This document shows positions 31,628 to 41,734 of a stretch of DNA of 64,000 nt, piece by piece. A model generated the notes under the pieces. The model saw only the letters and a list, made by a program, of their open reading frames with translations, ran no database searches and was not told where the DNA came from. The stretch comes from Nitrosopumilaceae archaeon (GTDB lineage: Archaea > Thermoproteota > Nitrososphaeria > Nitrososphaerales > Nitrosopumilaceae): NCBI GenBank assembly GCA_965200155.1, contig CBDATR010000010.1:96001-160000 (forward strand). The letters run 5' to 3'. Position 1 is the stretch's first letter; each line of letters begins with the position of its first letter. A program made the translations under genes and the position numbers.

Positions 31628-32623
31628 TGTAATGTATGAAAAGTCGGTCCGCTAGTCATTGGCATCCCGCTCCATCCATTTTGCATCATTTGCCCTATTG
31701 TCTGGGTCGCCTTTTTATTCCTGAAGCGGCGTTTCGCCGTTATCTATCCAGTGAGAAGTGCAATCTTCTCTCATTGTAGTAGTCTACATAATCCCGGAGA
31801 CTGTCATGATGTCATATCTCATCCTCAATCATTCCATGGAAGCGCTCCAGTTTGCCATTTGTCTGCGGGGGGTATGGTCTGGAATTGATTAGTATGACGT
31901 CTTGATCCAGCAGTTCTTCCTAGAATAGTGGGTTTCCAGTTCTTTTTGCCCTTTTATTGTCCTACGAAACACGCGCCGTTATCCGAGATGCAGGGGCGCC
32001 GAATCGTTCTATAGCCAATCTCAGTAATAGTACCCTGTCACCGCCGATGGCATCCGCGCCTGGCTTGGCGCCGAATCGTTTCATTACCAGTCTCAGTAAT
32101 AGGGCGGCGTTCTCTGAGGTTGCATGCTCAAAGTGCCGCTCCGACTATACACCTGGATGCATCATCTATGAGATTCAGTCCCTTGAAGCGCTCATCTTTC
32201 ATGGTATGCCAGTGCCACATTGCATTGGAATATTTACGCCCATAGCGTACCCACTCTGACTTTGCAGGTGATGAGCCTGCCGTACCGTTCTTTTTCATTA
32301 TGCGATATACTGCGCGATATGTATTATGTCTCAGTCTCTTTGCAATACGTACTACTCCGGCGGGATCCTTGCTGTATGCTTCAGTTACCATTAGTATCTG
32401 GGTGGCGGTGATTGGTATCATGAGCCTGCCCATCTTTACTCAAGTCGTTCCCGTGCTCTGGTTCACAATCTTCGTACGTGTCTTGTTTCAGGTCTTGAGC
32501 TATTTTGGTTGTGGCAACGCCTCTTTTGTCTTGATTCCTCTGTTATTCTCTTTACCATATGGCTTGTGCAATCTGAACTACTGTACGCCGGATCCTAAGC
32601 GGACTTACTTTTCGTACTATTGA
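31628..32623 (-). mobile_element. IS481-like element, transposase pseudogene
   Basis: Closely similar to 11992-13052. Confidence 0.8.
31995..32102. repeat. 36-bp duplication flanking 36-bp insert
   Basis: 31995-32030 ~ 32067-32102; single copy in paralog at 12389-12424. Confidence 0.88.
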
Positions 32624-32677
32624 CCTAAATTCACACACTGCAAATTCTGTCTTTGATTTTTCTTCAGCCAGAAAAAT

Positions 32678-32769
32678 GTATGAGTTCACGTCTTCCGGAA
32701 TCTTGTGCACAAATCACATTAACTGTCGCGATCAGTTGTGCGTAAATTTAGACACAGGTGAACTCATAC
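32678..32769. mobile_element. MITE-A
   Basis: TSD AGAAAAAT. Confidence 0.95.
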
Positions 32770-32846
32770 AGAAAAATTGCATCCGTCCTACATATTATGT
32801 GGATTTTACAACCATTATCTAAATAGGTGGAAACTCTACCACGACC

Positions 32847-34616
32847 ATGCAATACAGTATGGGGCGCGCGGCCGATATGTGCGGTGCCGCACTGGGCTTG
32901 GTGCCTGCGGATACAGTCATTCGCGACTGCTCACTGGTATCTGTATATACGGGGGAGGTAATACCGGACACCGACATATCCGTGTACAGTGATCGTATAG
33001 CATATGTGGGACCGGATGCCGCGCATACCATAGGCCCTGATACAAAAGTGCTTGATGCCCGGGGCAAATATGCGACACCGGGACTTGCGGATCCACACAC
33101 TCACCTTGATCAGTTTATGACGCCATCTCCAACAGCTCGGGTGGTCCTGTTACACGGTACCACCAGCATGTTTTCGGATCCTATAGATATCACAGGCGTA
33201 GGTGGTTATCCCGGATTCCGATGGTTTCTACAGGCCTGCCATGATGCTCCGGTGCGTATATTCAACGGTATACCAGGTGGTATTCCAGTGGATCCGGATT
33301 TCAGCCATATCTCTGGCTTGGATGATAACCAGATTCAGGAAGCGCTTACAGATGATAATGTCTTTGGAATGGGCGAGGTCTTTGCGTGGACCAAGGTTAC
33401 TAACATGGATGCCACCACACTGCATGCCATAGACAGTACACGGGGAGCCGCATTGGTAGTTAATGGGCATACTGCGGGCATGGGCGGAAAAAAGCTTGCC
33501 GCATATGTTGCGTCGGGTATACGGTCGTGTCATGAGCCCATAGACTTTGATCAGGTCATAGAAAGGCTGAGGCTGGGAATGTACGTTATGGTGAGAGAGG
33601 GCTCCATACGACGGGATCTCCGGAATATAATGACAGAGGTTATGTCCAAAAAGGTGTATGCTGGCAGACTTATGTTCTGCTCTGATGGTCTCAACCCCTT
33701 GGACATGCAGGCGGGTCACATGAATCACTGCATACGCGAGGCCATCGATGTAGGAATAGATCCAGTGGAGGCCGTATCCATGGCATCTATGAACGTCTTT
33801 TCCTACTACAACATGGATGCCGAATTGGGAGGCATCGCCCCGGGGAGACTGGCAGATATACTGCTACTAGATGATCTGGACTCATTCCACATAGACTCGG
33901 TTCTGGTGGGTGGCCGGACTTTGGTGCGTGGAGGCAAAGTACTGGGTAACCCACATACAGATAAGATTCCACCATGGTTACTGAATACGGTAAGCTTGAA
34001 CAAAATTACTGCCGCAGACTTTGAGATAGTTCTTGATCAAGCCATCGACGGCCCTACAAAAGTCAATACAATAAACATGCGTACTGAGATTATAACAAGG
34101 CCGGGTATGGCAGAGACCCGTATACAGAATAATAGGGTGGAGGCGCCACTTGGCGCCTGGATGGTCGGGGCCTTTGATCGACTAAATAAAACTGGTAACC
34201 GGTCCTTGGGGTTCTTGGAGGGACTTGGAGAGGGAAATGGTGCGGTGGCAACTACTGCAACCTTTCATGAAAATGACATGGTGGTAATGGGGACTAATAG
34301 TCACGATATGGCTGTCGCGGCAAACCGTGTCATAGATGCGCGCGGTGGTGTGGCCGTGGTGCAATCCGGCAATGTAATTGCAACTCTTCCCATGCCCGTG
34401 GCCGGATTAATGTCCACAGAAGACGCAGATACGGTACGGGGGAAGTTTGAGGTCCTCATCAGCGCGATACACCACATTGGATGTGGATTCGACAATCCAC
34501 TCCAGATACCTCTATTCCTACCATTCCTGGCACTACCCAGTATCAGAATAACAAACCGCGGTATGATAGACGTAAAGAAAAAGTGCATCGTGCCGGTTAT
34601 GGACATTCCTGCATGA
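32847..34616 (+). CDS. ade: Adenine deaminase (AdeC family)
   Basis: DPHTH, GTTSMFSDP, NGH, CHE, REGS, CSD, LPMPVAGLMS. Confidence 0.88.
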   Translation: MQYSMGRAADMCGAALGLVPADTVIRDCSLVSVYTGEVIPDTDISVYSDRIAYVGPDAAHTIGPDTKVLDARGKYATPGLADPHTHLDQFMTPSPTARVVLLHGTTSMFSDPIDITGVGGYPGFRWFLQACHDAPVRIFNGIPGGIPVDPDFSHISGLDDNQIQEALTDDNVFGMGEVFAWTKVTNMDATTLHAIDSTRGAALVVNGHTAGMGGKKLAAYVASGIRSCHEPIDFDQVIERLRLGMYVMVREGSIRRDLRNIMTEVMSKKVYAGRLMFCSDGLNPLDMQAGHMNHCIREAIDVGIDPVEAVSMASMNVFSYYNMDAELGGIAPGRLADILLLDDLDSFHIDSVLVGGRTLVRGGKVLGNPHTDKIPPWLLNTVSLNKITAADFEIVLDQAIDGPTKVNTINMRTEIITRPGMAETRIQNNRVEAPLGAWMVGAFDRLNKTGNRSLGFLEGLGEGNGAVATTATFHENDMVVMGTNSHDMAVAANRVIDARGGVAVVQSGNVIATLPMPVAGLMSTEDADTVRGKFEVLISAIHHIGCGFDNPLQIPLFLPFLALPSIRITNRGMIDVKKKCIVPVMDIPA

Positions 34617-34655
34617 AATCCCAATGCGAATCAAAATAAAAATGTCTAACTTTCT

Positions 34656-34747
34656 GTATGAGTTCACGTCTTCCGGAATCTTATACACAAATCACATTAA
34701 CTGTCGCGATCAGTTATGCGTAAATTTAGACACAGGTGAACTCATAC
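34656..34747. mobile_element. MITE-A (no TSD, abuts truncated IS)
   Basis: Full TIRs; flanks differ. Confidence 0.93.
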
Positions 34748-34749
34748 AA

Positions 34750-35616
34750 AATTACTACTGGAAGGGTACCAAACCCCGCACTACTCCACAATATACAGAC
34801 GCGGAAGAGATCTTGACATAGACAAGGGGAATGGCATGATTATCGGCACAGACAAAAAGCTGACTAGAACCATGATTGTTGACTCGACCGGCCTTGAATC
34901 GTGGCGAGTGGATTAGGGCCAAATGGAAAAAGAGGCGCGGATTCATCAGTGCTCGCGGACGGTGAAAGCAAGAGAATACTCACATTTACGGTTACCGGCG
35001 AGTGGGTTGGGGATACGCGCATGTTAAACAATGCAGTACTGGGCTCGTATGCAGAAGAGCCACAACTGGACAGGGAGCACACCCTGGAATTGGAAAGTTC
35101 CGGACCCGTATGCCAGTTCTGGCAGGACCAACAGATAAGCCACCACCCGGAAACGCGCTGACTAACGGTGTGTCCCCCTCACCGAATAATGATGACAAGC
35201 GCGCATTTAATCTGGAATTACTTGCGGATGGCGTATACGCGTCCAGGGATAACATGAAATTGTGCAGTCATAATCGAATCCGGACAACCATTCCACTTCA
35301 GCTAAATTCCACCAAAGGAAAGGCAACTCATGGGGACTTGCAGTCTTGGAGGAAGCCCGGAATCGCCCATTTTCCGCCTTTCTGATGAGGAAAAGGTCGA
35401 AAACAAGCAGTACTAGAAGGCGGCAAAAGGGTACAACAGGCGATGGATAATCGAGATAATCATAGAACTGGTTCCCGTTCAAACGATTATTCGGACACGG
35501 ATTAATGGTGCGGAAATGGGATAACATACGAGTACAACTAGTTGGTGGACGCGGCAGCAACGTAGATTACGACATGGGGAACCGGTATTCTGTCAAAGTC
35601 AGTTATGCAACAAGCT
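34750..35616 (+). mobile_element. IS903-like copy, 5'-truncated
   Basis: Similar to ~705-1552; right TIR at 35601-35616. Confidence 0.8.
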
Positions 35617-35739
35617 TCCATTACCGTTTAAGGGCCCTCGAGCAACCGTTTGAGGACCATAAATTTTGCGTTTTCCATCAGGGCATTCCCTGTATGAGCG
35701 ACCTAAACGGCTACTGTCAGTGGCTTGCGGTGATTTAAG

Positions 35740-35831
35740 GTATGAGTTCACGTCTTCCGGAATCTTATGCACAAATCACATTAACTGTCGCGATCAGTTA
35801 TGCGTAAATTTAGACATAGATGAACTCATAC
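35740..35831. mobile_element. MITE-A
   Basis: TSD GATTTAAG. Confidence 0.95.
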
Positions 35832-35898
35832 GATTTAAGTGCAGGTTGAGCTTGAGTACGATTTTCGTGAATAGTTGTTTTTAAGTATGCTGCAAATA

Positions 35899-36796
35899 AT
35901 GATGGATATGGATATTTACGCTGAACTCAGGGATCTGGGCTATCTGGGTGTCGGAAATAAACACGGTATAAGACGATTGTGGGATTGGTGTGATGAAGAG
36001 CAAAAACAAAACATGTTGAAGGAGATTGGCTACACGCGCATTGCAGATGAAATAGGTATGGAGAAGCTGTGGGATTGTATGAGTTCACCTGTGTCTAAAT
36101 TTACGCATAACTGATCGCGACAGTTAATGTGATTTGTGCATAAGATTCCGGAAGACGTGAACTCATACGTGTGATTGGTGCAATGGTCGGTGGTTCAAGA
36201 ACAAGCGTGACTCCATGTTGAAGGAGATTGGCTATGCCCGCATTGGAAACGAGATAGGCATGAAGCAGTTATGGGATTGGTGCAATGGTCGGTGGTTCAA
36301 AAACAAATGTAATTCCATGTTGAATACGGATGGCTACACGAGGATTGCGGATGAAATAGGCGCGGAGAAGCTGTGGGATTGGTGCAACAAGGAGCAAAAG
36401 AATATCATGATAAACGAAATAGGTTATGATCGAGCCGTGGTCGAGATAGGCACGATGTCCCTATGGGTTAATTGCGCCGAGATACATAGGGGCGCAATGG
36501 TAGATAAATTTGGATATTCGCGTATCAGCAGCAAGATAGGTATGGCTCGCTTGTGGTTCTGGTGTGATGACTCACGCCAGAGTGATATGCTGAATGAATT
36601 GGACTATGACTATGAACGCCTTGCAAAAGATATCAGTATGGAACACATGTGGGATGGCGCCCGTCGTATACACAAGTATACAGGATCACGTCGATTCTTT
36701 CTCGATGCGATGCAATTCCCTGAGGTATACATAGATCATGAATATACAGGTTTTATTGAGTGGTTCTTCGACCAACACCCTAACATGACATTATAA
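35899..36796 (+). pseudogene. Tandem-repeat protein (GYxRIxxEIGxxxLWDWC) interrupted by MITE-A
   Basis: Removing 100 bp joins the 35875 and 36215 ORFs in frame. Confidence 0.8.
36077..36168. mobile_element. MITE-A
   Basis: TSD GTGGGATT/GTGTGATT (1 mismatch). Confidence 0.93.
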
Positions 36797-36906
36797 TTAG
36801 CAAATACTCGTGGTGTAGACCACACACTATCGAGAATTAAAAGTTCTTCCCGATTCTAGCAGTCAGTTGCTGACCATGCGTGTACGATCATAATAGCATT
36901 TTGGCA

Positions 36907-36998
36907 GTATGAGTTCACCTGTGTCTAAATTTACGCACAACTGATCGCGACAGTTAATGTGATTTGTGCACAAGATTCCGGAAGACGTGAACTCATAC
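36907..36998. mobile_element. MITE-A
   Basis: TSD TTTTGGCA. Confidence 0.95.
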
Positions 36999-37010
36999 TT
37001 TTGGCAACCG

Positions 37011-37044
37011 AAAAAACGCCCTCACTTTGTAAGGGCGTTTTTTT
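37011..37044. terminator. Stem-loop with A/T tails, terminator-like
   Basis: AAAAAACGCCCT-N9-AGGGCGTTTTTT. Confidence 0.4.
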
Positions 37045-37117
37045 GATACCAAAATGCGTTCTCCTCCTAATTGGTCCATTTGTATACCATGATCATTAGG
37101 TATCGGTTGTATTGCTG

Positions 37118-37236
37118 GTATGAGTTCACCTGTGTCTAAATGGAACGGGTCATTCTATAACTGATCGCGACAGTTAAAGAGTAACCGGTTCTTTTGTGCA
37201 CAAGATTGGAACCGGTTCCAAGACGTGAACTCATAC
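37118..37236. mobile_element. MITE-A with three internal junction fillers
   Basis: TIRs intact, 119 bp; followed by IS481-like end fragment 37241-37284. Confidence 0.9.
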
Positions 37237-37314
37237 ATCTACTGTACACCGGATCCTAAGCGGACTTACTTTTCGTACTATTGAAGAATCGCTCAGCCAA
37301 TACAATATACTAGG

Positions 37315-40300
37315 GTGGGAATCATTCCAGGAATAGTGGAAACTTTTGATCAAGCATTAGCAAGGCTACGTGCGGAGACCGATGATGAAAAGGATATCAG
37401 CCACAAGGGCAGTAAAGTTAGCAAGACCGAACGCGGTATCCGATTTGAGAAACTAATGCTACACTACTTCAAGAATGACAGCATATACAAGAATGAGTTC
37501 AAGGAAGTAAAACTATTCCATGACTGGTATCGTGAACCGGACATTGGAATTGATCTGGTTGCCAGAGACAAAGATGACAAGTTAGTTGGCATTCAGTGCA
37601 AGTGCTGGAATGATGATTCCAGTATCCACGAGAATCAGATTTCAAACATGTTTGTCGTAAAGGAGAGCAAAAAAATGGACAGACTCATTCTTGTATTCAC
37701 AGGGGCGCACGTAAGCAGGAATATTGTAAAACCGTTCGAAGAATCCGGTTACCCAATACTCATGAAGGCTGATCTCCGCCAGAGCAGAATTGACTGGAGT
37801 GGAATGAAGAGAGTAGTGAAACCAAAGACATTACAAGATCACCAGAAGGAAGCAGTTCAAAGAGTAGTCACCGGACTACAGGGTGCAGATCGCGGTAAGC
37901 TCATCATGGCATGTGGAACTGGCAAGACCATAACATCACTCCATATCGCAGAAACCATTCCAGGGAAAGATGGTCTTGTTCTATACTTGGTACCGTCACT
38001 ATCACTGATACCGCAGGCGATGAGAGAGTGGGCAGATAACCGTTCCATTATTCATCAGTACATGGCAGTATGCTCTGATTCATCTGCCAGTGCAGATGAG
38101 GAGGGTTCCATAACGGAGTGTCCTATACCTCCGTCCACAGATGTGGAAACGATAAAGAAGCAACTACATTCTATGGAGAAGCGGAAAGGTATGCGTGTCA
38201 TATTTTCCACGTATAATTCCGTAGAACGAATAGCACAGGCAATGAATGGTGAATTTGACCTGATTCTATTTGATGAGGCGCATCGTACCACCGGACTGGA
38301 CAGGATAAAGGAGTCATACTATCTAATGGCTCATGATAATGACAAGATTCCTGCCAAGAAGCGGCTATACATGACTGCCACCCCTCGGATATACAAGAAA
38401 GCCGCAAAGAAGCAGGGTGCAGAGAAGGATCTAAAGGTTTACTCCATGGATGATGTCAAAATATATGGTGAGGAGTTATACAGGCTGGATTTCTCCGAGG
38501 CTATACAACGGAACTTGTTATCCAGTTACGGGATAATAATGCGTGAAGTTAGCACATCCGACATATTTGGCCGGTTCATAAAGAGAGGAGAACATGATGA
38601 GAATGACTATGGGAATCTTGACTTTGATTTTACAACAAAGATGGGCGGCGTATGCAAAGCCCTGACATATCCTGATGGTGATGAGTCACCGCCACGACCA
38701 CTCCAGAGAGTGATGGTATTTCATGATAGAGTAAAAAAGTCCAAGTTGTTCGCCGGACATGACCTCGGCGAAAAAGTCAGGAAACCACTAAAGCTGGACA
38801 AGAACACCAAGAAGGCATTACAATTTGATGAACTAACGGAGCGACTCATGGAAACAGACCCAAAGCTTGACGGGTTCAAAACAAGCACAAAGCACGTGGA
38901 CGGCGGCACTAACTCACGGGATCGGGGGGAGCGGATAAACTGGTTACGAGATAGTGTAAGTGACCCCAAAGAGATTCGCATACTCAGCAACGCTAGGTGC
39001 CTCCAGGAAGGTGTGGATGTTCCCGCTCTTGATGCTGTTGCATTCATGGACCCCAAAAAGTCGCCCATCGATATCATACAGAGTATAGGAAGAGTCATGC
39101 GAAAATCAAGGGATGGTAGCAAAAAGAAAGGTTATGTGATAGTGCCCATTCCTGTTATGGAGGGCGATAACCCCAAGAATACTCTTAACAAGAACAAAAA
39201 GTATGAGCAGATAAGCCTGGTATTGAATGCCATTCTGGCACATGATAACAGATTGAGAAACATACTGAACATTCAGATGTTATCAAAAACATCCAAGAGT
39301 AAGAAACACCGACCGGCTGATGAGCAAGAGATAACACCACAGCTTCAGGAGTGGATAAAGAATACCATTGAGGTTGACAATAATGACGAATTACTCCAGG
39401 ACATAAAGACCATCCTGCTGGATATGGGTGACCCAGGATTTTATGTAGATGTTGGTGAGAAGCTAGGTGAGCAGTCCATCATAATAGAAATGATGCTAAA
39501 AGAGAGAATGAAGGTACAGCCGGATACCAAAGATATCATTCATGCTCTACATGAAGACTTACAGTCGGTGGTTGGTAAAACAATAACGATAGCAGACACT
39601 GTAAAAGCACTGGCACAACATGCTGTTATGGCGCGAGTATTTACTGCATTGTTCCCGGAACACCATAATCCTGTTGTGTCTGCATTTAATGGCGTCCTGG
39701 ACAAGATAGATGTACGAGGACAGCTTGAGAGCTTGGAGAAGTACTATGTCAAGATAAAGTATGACCTAGAACAGCTTAGTGACACGGAACAGAAACAGGA
39801 GTTCATTCGAAATATTTACGACTCTTTCTTCCGAGGGGCAGACAGAAAGGCTGCAGACAAGCACGGAATAGTATACACACCCATTGAAGTAGTGGATTTC
39901 ATTATATCATCAGTCTCACATATACTGAGAACGGAGTTTGGGAAAACATTCGATGATAGAACGGTAAAGGTGCTGGACCCGTTCACCGGTACCGGGATAT
40001 TTATCGCCCAGTTAATAGAGCGAGGAATGATCAGTGATGATGCACTACCTGACAAGTACCATAATGATATTTACGCGAATGAAATAATGCTGCCGGCATT
40101 CTATGTAGCCATGTCCAATATCGAGGCATCATATCAGAAAATGATGGGTGAATACACACCATTTGATGGGATATCATACATAGATACATTCGCACAGCAC
40201 CCCTCATACAGGCTGGATGCCGAACAGCGTAAGAAGCAGATCAAGATTACAGATGATTCCCTGGAGGAAGCCATGACTAGGGTGAAACGGCAGAATATGG

Positions 40301-40371
40301 ATTGTATGAGTTCACGTCTTCCGGAATCTTATGCACAAATCACATTAACTGTCGCGATCAGTTATGCGTAA
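37315..40371 (+). CDS. Type ISP restriction-modification enzyme, N-terminal part (Mrr-like nuclease, SF2 helicase, start of MTase)
   Basis: DIGIDLVA..IQCK, MACGTGKT, DEAH, TATP, EGVDVPALD, QSIGRVMRK, DPFTGTG; ends within MITE-A. Confidence 0.9.
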   Translation: MGIIPGIVETFDQALARLRAETDDEKDISHKGSKVSKTERGIRFEKLMLHYFKNDSIYKNEFKEVKLFHDWYREPDIGIDLVARDKDDKLVGIQCKCWNDDSSIHENQISNMFVVKESKKMDRLILVFTGAHVSRNIVKPFEESGYPILMKADLRQSRIDWSGMKRVVKPKTLQDHQKEAVQRVVTGLQGADRGKLIMACGTGKTITSLHIAETIPGKDGLVLYLVPSLSLIPQAMREWADNRSIIHQYMAVCSDSSASADEEGSITECPIPPSTDVETIKKQLHSMEKRKGMRVIFSTYNSVERIAQAMNGEFDLILFDEAHRTTGLDRIKESYYLMAHDNDKIPAKKRLYMTATPRIYKKAAKKQGAEKDLKVYSMDDVKIYGEELYRLDFSEAIQRNLLSSYGIIMREVSTSDIFGRFIKRGEHDENDYGNLDFDFTTKMGGVCKALTYPDGDESPPRPLQRVMVFHDRVKKSKLFAGHDLGEKVRKPLKLDKNTKKALQFDELTERLMETDPKLDGFKTSTKHVDGGTNSRDRGERINWLRDSVSDPKEIRILSNARCLQEGVDVPALDAVAFMDPKKSPIDIIQSIGRVMRKSRDGSKKKGYVIVPIPVMEGDNPKNTLNKNKKYEQISLVLNAILAHDNRLRNILNIQMLSKTSKSKKHRPADEQEITPQLQEWIKNTIEVDNNDELLQDIKTILLDMGDPGFYVDVGEKLGEQSIIIEMMLKERMKVQPDTKDIIHALHEDLQSVVGKTITIADTVKALAQHAVMARVFTALFPEHHNPVVSAFNGVLDKIDVRGQLESLEKYYVKIKYDLEQLSDTEQKQEFIRNIYDSFFRGADRKAADKHGIVYTPIEVVDFIISSVSHILRTEFGKTFDDRTVKVLDPFTGTGIFIAQLIERGMISDDALPDKYHNDIYANEIMLPAFYVAMSNIEASYQKMMGEYTPFDGISYIDTFAQHPSYRLDAEQRKKQIKITDDSLEEAMTRVKRQNMDCMSSRLPESYAQITLTVAISYA

Positions 40372-40395
40372 ATTTAGACACAGGTGAACTCATAC
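40304..40395. mobile_element. MITE-A splitting the Type ISP gene
   Basis: TSD TATGGATT; excision restores ..RQNMDYVNVIVGNPPY. Confidence 0.95.
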
Positions 40396-40396
40396 T

Positions 40397-41734
40397 ATGG
40401 ATTACGTCAATGTCATAGTCGGGAATCCACCATATAGTGGCGGTCAGAAAACAGAGGGTGATGATAATAAGAATGTCTCGCATACGGATCTGGAAGATAG
40501 TGTGTCAAAGACATACATCAAAAACGCGCCCAAAGGGAATGTAAATCATCTATACAACTCCTACATCAAGGCATTACGCTGGACATCTGATAGAATCGGT
40601 GATTCCGGGGTTATCGGTTTAATCACACCATCCGCATATATCACTGGGAATAGTGAAGCAGGTATACGCGCCTGTCTTGGAATGGAGTTCACCGACATAT
40701 ACTGCTTTGACTTGAGGGGCGATGTAAAAGGTAAGCAGGATTGGAGACGAGAGGGTGGTAAGATATTTGGGAGTGACTCAACTGTGGGCACCGCTATAAC
40801 CATCCTGGTGAAGAACCCCGCCAAACATCATTCTACGATTCACTATCATGACATCGGCGACTACATGAGTAGAGAGGAAAAGTTGGAAATCATAAAAGAA
40901 CATGGTTCCATTGCAGGAATGGAATGGGATATCATAGAACCGGACAAATACCATGACTGGTTGAATAAGCGTGAATCCAGTGATGAGTGGGATTCCATGA
41001 CTGGAATGGTAAATAGTGAAAGAACACATGACAAGAAAGTTGGTACATTGTTCCATACGTATTCTGGTGGCATTCTCACAGCAAGAGATGTCTGGGTGTA
41101 TAACACATCACTTCAAAAACTGAAAAACAACATGAAGATAACAATAGAACATTGTGCCAAGCAGGACTTGAAGAAAAATTTTGACAAGGATAAGAAATAT
41201 GTTGCATGGAATGAAGATCTTCAGAATAGTATACGGAAACTAGATGAACCACTAATGTTCCATGATACCAACATTAGAATGTCTCTGTATAGACCATTTT
41301 TCAAACAATATCTCTATTTTGATACGACTTTTATCACCAACACATACCGTATACCCTCATTCTATCCGCGCCCAGACTCCAAGAATGTTGCAATCTTGGT
41401 ACCTGATAAAATAAAGGGTGAATTCTCAACATTAGTCACCGATATAACACCAGACCTCCATGTAAATGAAACATCTCGCTGTTTACCCTTGCGTACAAAG
41501 AACAAAAATAATGAGAACACCCACAAGGTAAGTCCACCAGTCCACCAGTCCACCAGTCCACCAGTCCACCAGTCCACCAGTCCACCATACGAGAACCTGG
41601 CGATAATAGTACCCAACAAGATCAAGGGCGAGTTCTCAGTATTCATAACGGGAATGACGCCGGATCTACAAGTGGTGGCAAACGGCCGAGTATTTCCCAT
41701 GTTCACACAGTCACCGGAGGTGACTATTCCATGA
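40397..41734 (+). CDS. Type ISP enzyme middle part (MTase NPPY and target-recognition region with duplicated module)
   Basis: GNPPYS, YIKALRW, GGKIFG, TARDVWVYN, YRPFFKQYLY. Confidence 0.88.
   Translation: MDYVNVIVGNPPYSGGQKTEGDDNKNVSHTDLEDSVSKTYIKNAPKGNVNHLYNSYIKALRWTSDRIGDSGVIGLITPSAYITGNSEAGIRACLGMEFTDIYCFDLRGDVKGKQDWRREGGKIFGSDSTVGTAITILVKNPAKHHSTIHYHDIGDYMSREEKLEIIKEHGSIAGMEWDIIEPDKYHDWLNKRESSDEWDSMTGMVNSERTHDKKVGTLFHTYSGGILTARDVWVYNTSLQKLKNNMKITIEHCAKQDLKKNFDKDKKYVAWNEDLQNSIRKLDEPLMFHDTNIRMSLYRPFFKQYLYFDTTFITNTYRIPSFYPRPDSKNVAILVPDKIKGEFSTLVTDITPDLHVNETSRCLPLRTKNKNNENTHKVSPPVHQSTSPPVHQSTSPPYENLAIIVPNKIKGEFSVFITGMTPDLQVVANGRVFPMFTQSPEVTIP
41531..41586 (+). repeat. Simple sequence repeat (AGTCCACC)x7
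   Basis: Seven perfect 8-bp units counted directly. Confidence 0.97.
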
